A stretch of 64,000 nucleotides of DNA from Patescibacteria group bacterium (GTDB lineage: Bacteria > Patescibacteriota > Patescibacteriia > JAHIZJ01), in the NCBI GenBank assembly GCA_028714495.1, contig JAQTMH010000002.1, forward strand, positions 75,471 to 139,470, read 5' to 3'. A program made the position numbers and the translations under genes. Shown here piece after piece: positions 58,214 through 64,000 of this stretch. The notes under the pieces are model-generated. The model was not told the DNA's origin. It did no database searches and saw only the letters and a list, made by a program, of their open reading frames with translations. Position 1 is the first letter of the stretch. Each line of letters begins with the position of its first letter.

Positions 58214-59359
58214 TTGGAGAAGTCAGTGAAACGACGCATTTTAATGCTTAATTATGAGTTCCCGCCGCTTGGGGGTGGGGCCGGGAATGCCACTTATTAC
58301 CTATTAAAAGAATTCTCTAAAAATCCCGACGTTGAGATCGATCTTGTAACTTCTTCAACGGGCAAATATAAGGAATATAGGTTTTCCGATAACATCACAA
58401 TATATTTTTTGGATATTGGAAAAAGCCCTGATTGGCAAAATCAGTCTGCCCGTGAATTGCTTACTTACTCTTGGAAGTCATTTTGGAAATCACACTCCTT
58501 GCTGCGAAAAAAAAATTATCATCTTGTCCACGCGTTTTTCGGTATCCCCTGCGGATTCATCGCTCTTCTACTAAATAAACCATACCTTGTTTCCCTACGT
58601 GGGATGGATGTGCCATTTTACAGCCAGAAATTCCACTGGCTTGATATCTTGTTTTTCCGCTGGTTAAGTGCACTTATCTGGAAAAGGGCTCAAATCGTAA
58701 TTGCAAATTCCCAAGGATTATGCGATTTGGCCTATCAGTCATACGCAAAAAAGAAAATAGACATTATCCCAAACGGTGTTGATACCGAACAATTCAAACC
58801 GAGATCAAAACAAAACAACATTTTTACTGTCTTGACCGTTGCCCGTTTGATACCACGGAAAGGAATCCAATATCTCGTCGAGGGTTTTGCAAAATTTACT
58901 GCTAAATTTTCCGAGAGCAAGTTAATTATCGTTGGTGATGGACCGATGAAAAATCAACTTCAGCAAAAAGCCGTCGAGCTACGGATTGACGACCGAATCG
59001 AATTCCCCGGTAATATTACCCATGACAAACTGCCTGGAATTTACCAAAAAGCTGATGTCTTCGTCCTGCCCTCATTAAACGAGGGTATGAGCAACTCAAT
59101 ACTGGAAGCCCTGGCCAGCGGCTTAGCGATTATCGCGACACCGACTGGTGGAAGTTCGGAACTGATCGATAAGGACAATGGAATAATTATTGAACCTAAA
59201 AATGCTCAAGCCATTACTTCGGCCTTGGAAAATTGCCTAGGCAATCAGAATAAACTGGCAAAAATGAAAATAAACAGCCGTGAAAAATCTGAATTATACA
59301 GCTGGCGCCGGGTAGCCGAAAAATATTATTCAGTTTATAAAAAAGTATGTGCGGAATAA
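58214..59359 (+). CDS. Family 4 glycosyltransferase
   Basis: YEFPPLGGGAG, IPNGVD and EGMSNSILEA. Confidence 0.92.
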   Translation: MEKSVKRRILMLNYEFPPLGGGAGNATYYLLKEFSKNPDVEIDLVTSSTGKYKEYRFSDNITIYFLDIGKSPDWQNQSARELLTYSWKSFWKSHSLLRKKNYHLVHAFFGIPCGFIALLLNKPYLVSLRGMDVPFYSQKFHWLDILFFRWLSALIWKRAQIVIANSQGLCDLAYQSYAKKKIDIIPNGVDTEQFKPRSKQNNIFTVLTVARLIPRKGIQYLVEGFAKFTAKFSESKLIIVGDGPMKNQLQQKAVELRIDDRIEFPGNITHDKLPGIYQKADVFVLPSLNEGMSNSILEALASGLAIIATPTGGSSELIDKDNGIIIEPKNAQAITSALENCLGNQNKLAKMKINSREKSELYSWRRVAEKYYSVYKKVCAE

Positions 59360-61212
59360 ATGGAATCGTAAAATTTGGCGACCAACCGGTCAGGGAAAAA
59401 GAGATCAGGAAAATGAACATCAAAATAAAGCATCGCGGACCTGACGATACCGGCGTTTTTATTGATAATGGCGTTGGACTGGGGCACAACCGCTTATCAA
59501 TTATTGACCTCACACTGCGCGGCCATCAACCAATGAGCTACACCTATCAGGGACGGACAGTGGTTATCACCTACAATGGAGAAATTTATAATTTCCAGGA
59601 GCTTCGTTCTGATCTTATATCCAAAGGGTACCGCTTCACTTCACAAACTGACACTGAGGTGATCTTGGCCGCTTACCTAGAATACGATACAGCCTGCTTA
59701 CAAAAATTCAACGGTATGTTTGCTTTCGTCATCTATGACGTCACAAAGCGAATTCTTTTCGGAGCACGAGATCGATTCGGAAAAAAGCCTCTTAAATATT
59801 ATCTGGATTCCGACAGGTTTATTTTCAGCTCGGAATTGAAGGCGATACTATGTTGTGGGGTAAAAAGAGAAATCGACTATTTGGCGATCAATGATTATCT
59901 TACCCTTCAATACGTTCCGGCGCCAAAGACTGGATTTCAGGGAATTTTTAAGCTGCCCCACGCACATTATTTTGTTTTAAATTTAACCACAAATAAATTC
60001 ACGATAAATCGTTACTATGATATTAACTATACAGACAAACTAGATCTTGCCGAGGCGGAATGGATTGAGGTAATAGAAAATCAGATCAGCCAAGCGGTAA
60101 AACGAAGGCTAATTTCTGATGTACCACTTGGTGCTTTTTTGTCCGGCGGAGTTGATAGTAGCGCTATTGTCGCCTTTATGAGCAAGCAAGTGACTAAAAT
60201 AAAAACCTTTACGATCGCTTTTGACTATAAGGATTTCAATGAAAGTCATTTTGCTCGTCGGGTTGCAGACCAGTATCACACAGATCATACGGAATTTAAT
60301 GTCCGATCCACGGACTTACTCAAATATATAGATTCTTTAGTGGAGCATTTTGAAGAACCCTACGCTGATAGTTCCCAACTACCGACCTATTTACTTTCGA
60401 AATATACGCGCGAACACGTCACGGTCGCATTAAGCGGCGACGCTGGCGATGAAAATTTCGGTGGCTATGATAAATACCGCCGCCACGTATTATTACGACG
60501 CTACCGACCACTCATCCACCTCCTAGCTATTGCGCAACCGTTGATTGGTTGGAGCTCGAAGCGTCTGACAAACGATTTTCTTGATCGACTTTCAATTTTC
60601 CTCCAGACTGTTCGAGCGACAACCCCCATGCGTCATTATAACTTCACATCGTATTTCGACGAATTTACGAAGGTCAATCTATATACTTCTGAATTCGCCG
60701 AACGGGTAATTCATCGCGTGAATCCGTTTGAGATGATAGCTAATACTTCCTTAACTGAAATGGATACGGTTTTTCACCTAGATTTCAATACCTACATCCC
60801 CGACGATATTAACGTTAAAGTTGACCTTGCCAGCATGGCGAATGCTCTGGAGGTTCGCGCGCCACTACTGGATTATGAGCTAGTCAACTTGATGGCGCGC
60901 ATGCCGTGGCAGCTAAAAGTCGGTATGATAAACAGCAAGATCATTTTTAAAAAAATGCTAAGAAGGTATCTACCTCATGAAATTCTTTATCGCAAAAAAT
61001 ATGGATTTTCCGTCCCCTTAAAACATTGGTTTAGGAATGAATTAAGAGATTTCGCCAAAAAAGTTGTGACGCAGGACAATGGGTTGGTTTTAAAGATTTT
61101 TAAAAAAGAAAAAATTCAGAAGCTTTTGCACGATCATCAAAAAGGCAAAGATAATTCGAAAAAGATCTGGTCCCTCATGGCGTTAAATATTTGGCACCGA
61201 CAAAACTTTTAA
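59347..61212 (+). CDS. asnB: Asparagine synthase (glutamine-hydrolysing) family amidotransferase
   Basis: MCGI, HRGPD, RLSIID, NGEIYN, LSGGVDSS and EVRAPLLD. Confidence 0.93.
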   Translation: MCGINGIVKFGDQPVREKEIRKMNIKIKHRGPDDTGVFIDNGVGLGHNRLSIIDLTLRGHQPMSYTYQGRTVVITYNGEIYNFQELRSDLISKGYRFTSQTDTEVILAAYLEYDTACLQKFNGMFAFVIYDVTKRILFGARDRFGKKPLKYYLDSDRFIFSSELKAILCCGVKREIDYLAINDYLTLQYVPAPKTGFQGIFKLPHAHYFVLNLTTNKFTINRYYDINYTDKLDLAEAEWIEVIENQISQAVKRRLISDVPLGAFLSGGVDSSAIVAFMSKQVTKIKTFTIAFDYKDFNESHFARRVADQYHTDHTEFNVRSTDLLKYIDSLVEHFEEPYADSSQLPTYLLSKYTREHVTVALSGDAGDENFGGYDKYRRHVLLRRYRPLIHLLAIAQPLIGWSSKRLTNDFLDRLSIFLQTVRATTPMRHYNFTSYFDEFTKVNLYTSEFAERVIHRVNPFEMIANTSLTEMDTVFHLDFNTYIPDDINVKVDLASMANALEVRAPLLDYELVNLMARMPWQLKVGMINSKIIFKKMLRRYLPHEILYRKKYGFSVPLKHWFRNELRDFAKKVVTQDNGLVLKIFKKEKIQKLLHDHQKGKDNSKKIWSLMALNIWHRQNF

Positions 61213-61221
61213 AATTACTAT

Positions 61222-61929
61222 ATGGACTTTATAAAAAAAGGATGGAAAAGCTTTTCCGATAAAATGGGCGGCAGGCTGATTTATTGGCTCAGCGTATCGC
61301 ATCAATACCAGCTGTATCGAGCATATCACCGGATATTTAAGAAACATATTAAACCGGGACAAGAGCTTATAGACGTCGGCGCTGGACGGTTATTTTATCG
61401 TCGTATAATCCAAAATTATACAAAGAACTACAAAAGTATCGACGTCCAAAAAACTCATCCGGAAATTGATTTTATTGGAAGCAGCTCACATACCGGGCTA
61501 CCCGATAATTCGTACGACATAGTTTTTTGTTCAATGGTACTCGAACATACACCCAATCCCCAGGAGAGCTTTAAAGAATTCTTTCGTCTATTGCGACCCG
61601 GCGGCATAGCAATCATTGCCGTCCCCTTTTTAATATATCTTCACAACGAACCTCATGACTATTATCGCTATACCAAATATGCTTTGCGTCTGTTTGTTTC
61701 ATCATCTGGTTTGCAGGAAATTACACTTGATGAAATAGGCGGGATATTCGGTGCTTTCGGCAGTGTTGTAGCCATGGCATTGATCGGCCTAACCTGGAGA
61801 ATTCCGGTAATAAACTGGATAGTCTTTGCGTTCAACATGGGGATTCAGCTGATTCTATTGACTCTTGATATGCTATTCCCAACTAAAAAAATATTCCCGG
61901 CTAATTATCTACTGGTTATAACAAAATGA
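61222..61929 (+). CDS. Class I SAM-dependent methyltransferase
   Basis: IDVGAG, VLEH, LRPGG and PHDYYRYT. Confidence 0.88.
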   Translation: MDFIKKGWKSFSDKMGGRLIYWLSVSHQYQLYRAYHRIFKKHIKPGQELIDVGAGRLFYRRIIQNYTKNYKSIDVQKTHPEIDFIGSSSHTGLPDNSYDIVFCSMVLEHTPNPQESFKEFFRLLRPGGIAIIAVPFLIYLHNEPHDYYRYTKYALRLFVSSSGLQEITLDEIGGIFGAFGSVVAMALIGLTWRIPVINWIVFAFNMGIQLILLTLDMLFPTKKIFPANYLLVITK

Positions 61930-62242
61930 ATAAACGGATATGTTTTTTTGCTCCTGATATGGCAGAACTTTTCTTTCCCGAATTTCGCAAAGTAAAATTT
62001 GGCGGATCTGAAGTCCAACCGCACATGCTGGCAAAAGAACTGGCGCGGATTTGCGGATTTTTCTGTTTCTGCGGTTACAATGCTTCAACTATCTTTCTTG
62101 GTCTTTTTATTAGATACCGATATTATGGCAAATTATTTTCATAAATAACATGCTTTTTTCATATTTTTATATCGCTCTGGATAAAATCTTTTTTACCGCC
62201 AAAATCCTGCCGTTAAATTATTTAGTAATCGCGAGAAAATAA
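61926..62242 (+). pseudogene. Chimeric remnant: GT4 N-terminus fused to a methyltransferase C-terminus
   Basis: RICFFAP..GGSEVQ..LAKEL, then ICGFF..GLFIR / IPILW..LDKIFFTAKILPLNYLVIARK resembling the C-terminus of 61222-61929. Confidence 0.65.
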
Positions 62243-62243
62243 T

Positions 62244-63344
62244 ATGAGAATCGGCATTGCTGCTAGAGGGCTTTCGGAATTATGCGGCGGCGTGAAGCAA
62301 TATATCGAAAGTCTGACCAAATCTTTATTGCAAATTGATCATGAAAATCAATACTTTATTTTTTATGATAGCAAAACTCCTCAAGCAAAGTTTGACCAAG
62401 ACAAAGAAATCCTCTTAAAAACCAAGAATAAGCTCTGGTATGATTACGTAAAGTTGCCGCGAGCATTAATAAAACATAAAATCGATATATGCATTTTTCC
62501 GAAAAATGTTGTACCTTTCAACATAAAATGCAAGTCAATCGTGATTATTCACGATCTTCTTCATATCATGGATCCAAAAGTTTATAATCGGTTTGATTCT
62601 TTTTACATGCAATTAGCAATACCTTTTTCAGTAAAAAAAGCCGATATTGTTGTAACCGTCTCTGAAAATACTAAAAAAGATCTTCTAAAAATAACCGGTA
62701 TAAATGAGAAGAAAATTCACGTTATACATGAAGCGGCAGACGAAAAGTATCGAGTCATTCAAAATCACAATGAAGCCAAGAGACAATTATTGCATAAATA
62801 CCACATCACCTCCCCTTTTCTTTTATATGTCGGCTCGCTATCACCAAGAAAGAATATCCCGTGTTTGATTAAGGCCTTCGAAATATTAAATAAAACAAAC
62901 AACGTTCCTAGACAACTTGTACTGGCCGGTGGTAAAAGTTGGAAAGAGAAAGAAATTCTTAGGCTAATTAGAATATCTCCGCAATCTAAAAATATTAATT
63001 TAACCGGATTCATTACCGATGACGATTTGCCACTAATTTATAATCAAGCCGAGCTATTTATATATCCCTCACTCTACGAAGGATTTGGATTACCGATCTT
63101 GGAAGCCATGGCTTGCGGCTGTCCTGTTGTCTCCTCAAATTCAAGTTCATTACCGGAAGTGGCCGGAGACGCCGCGTTGTATTTCGATCCCACCAATGAA
63201 CATGAACTAGTAAACAAACTCTGTGCGGTAGCCGCAAACGATGAACTAAAGAAAAATCTTATTACAAGAGGATTAGTAAGAGCGAAACAATTCAAGTGGG
63301 AATATGTCGCTCAATCGATAATTAAAATCTATCATGAACTCTGA
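62244..63344 (+). CDS. Family 4 glycosyltransferase
   Basis: IHDL, VSENTK, PRKN and YPSLYEGFGLPILEAMACG. Confidence 0.93.
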   Translation: MRIGIAARGLSELCGGVKQYIESLTKSLLQIDHENQYFIFYDSKTPQAKFDQDKEILLKTKNKLWYDYVKLPRALIKHKIDICIFPKNVVPFNIKCKSIVIIHDLLHIMDPKVYNRFDSFYMQLAIPFSVKKADIVVTVSENTKKDLLKITGINEKKIHVIHEAADEKYRVIQNHNEAKRQLLHKYHITSPFLLYVGSLSPRKNIPCLIKAFEILNKTNNVPRQLVLAGGKSWKEKEILRLIRISPQSKNINLTGFITDDDLPLIYNQAELFIYPSLYEGFGLPILEAMACGCPVVSSNSSSLPEVAGDAALYFDPTNEHELVNKLCAVAANDELKKNLITRGLVRAKQFKWEYVAQSIIKIYHEL

Positions 63345-63459
63345 TTGCTTGATGGTAAAGTCGAGAAAAAATATTTTTTTCTAATACTAGCAATAATTAA
63401 GACAAGAGATTCCTATTTGGATCAAAATTCAAAGTAGAATTAAACAATAAAAAAATACT

Positions 63460-64000
63460 ATGAATGAAGAACAATATGAAAATCTAACAGTATGTCCTAA
63501 TTGTGGTGGAAATAAAATATCGATGATTTTAAAAACTAGATATTTTTTAACAGACCAAAAAGACTTATTCTATTTAACCAAATGTAGCGATTGTTCTTTG
63601 TTTTTTCAAAACCCACGAGTAAAAGAAAATTATATTCATAATTATTACCCTGATTCTCTTCATTATTATGATTATAATGCCAATAACCATAAATTCTTTT
63701 CTAAAAGTGAATTAGAATTTTTAAGGAGAAATTGGGGTTATAGTTCTGACGGAATGATAAGGAAAGGTCCATTGTTAAATTACATAACTAAAAGAAATTT
63801 GATGATAAAACTAGTTCCAAAAAACGTGGAAAATGGCTCTCTGTTAGAAATTGGCTGTTCTTATGGACGTTATTTAAAAGCAATGAAGGAACTGGGGTGG
63901 GTAGTAAAAGGGATTGAACAAAACAAAAAGTCCGCAGATTATGCACATAATGTATTCAATTTAAACGTTCAGAATACAAATTTCGAGAAAGTTGACTTCG
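63460..64000 (+). CDS. Class I SAM-dependent methyltransferase with an N-terminal zinc ribbon, 3' partial
   Basis: Manual translation: CPNCG..KCSDCSLFFQNPR..LLEIGCSYG. Confidence 0.85.
   Translation, partial: MNEEQYENLTVCPNCGGNKISMILKTRYFLTDQKDLFYLTKCSDCSLFFQNPRVKENYIHNYYPDSLHYYDYNANNHKFFSKSELEFLRRNWGYSSDGMIRKGPLLNYITKRNLMIKLVPKNVENGSLLEIGCSYGRYLKAMKELGWVVKGIEQNKKSADYAHNVFNLNVQNTNFEKVDF

Overview
64 kb of a gene-dense bacterial chromosome using the standard code. It is most likely a Patescibacteria/CPR genome (inferred from gene content, few Shine-Dalgarno sites, a monoderm-type pil cluster and many GT-C glycosyltransferases). In order: the infA-rpmJ-rpsMKD-rpoA-rplQ-rplM-rpsI operon, an ABC-2 exporter, an orphan ssb, a pair of apparent pseudoenzymes, about 1.1 kb of structured non-coding DNA, a split dcw cluster containing a frameshifted RAYT transposase, a type IV pilus cluster, housekeeping genes (rpmA, pyrG, rplI, ctpA, murA), a dTDP-rhamnose operon interleaved with ahcY, a nucleoside kinase and modular surface proteins, and a glycan-modification island. 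No rRNA, tRNA or CRISPR was recognised. Top observations: (1) 23-bp palindromes inserted as frame-preserving 27-bp units in two unrelated glycosyltransferase genes, with relatives between genes and at a duplicated epimerase start; (2) tandem promoter-structured RNA-terminator units; (3) an RpoA whose C-terminal domain is replaced by an AT-hook-like tail; (4) a pseudo-asparaginase plus NDT-fold/RHH regulator beside a repeat-rich ssb leader. All calls are by eye; no database searches were run.
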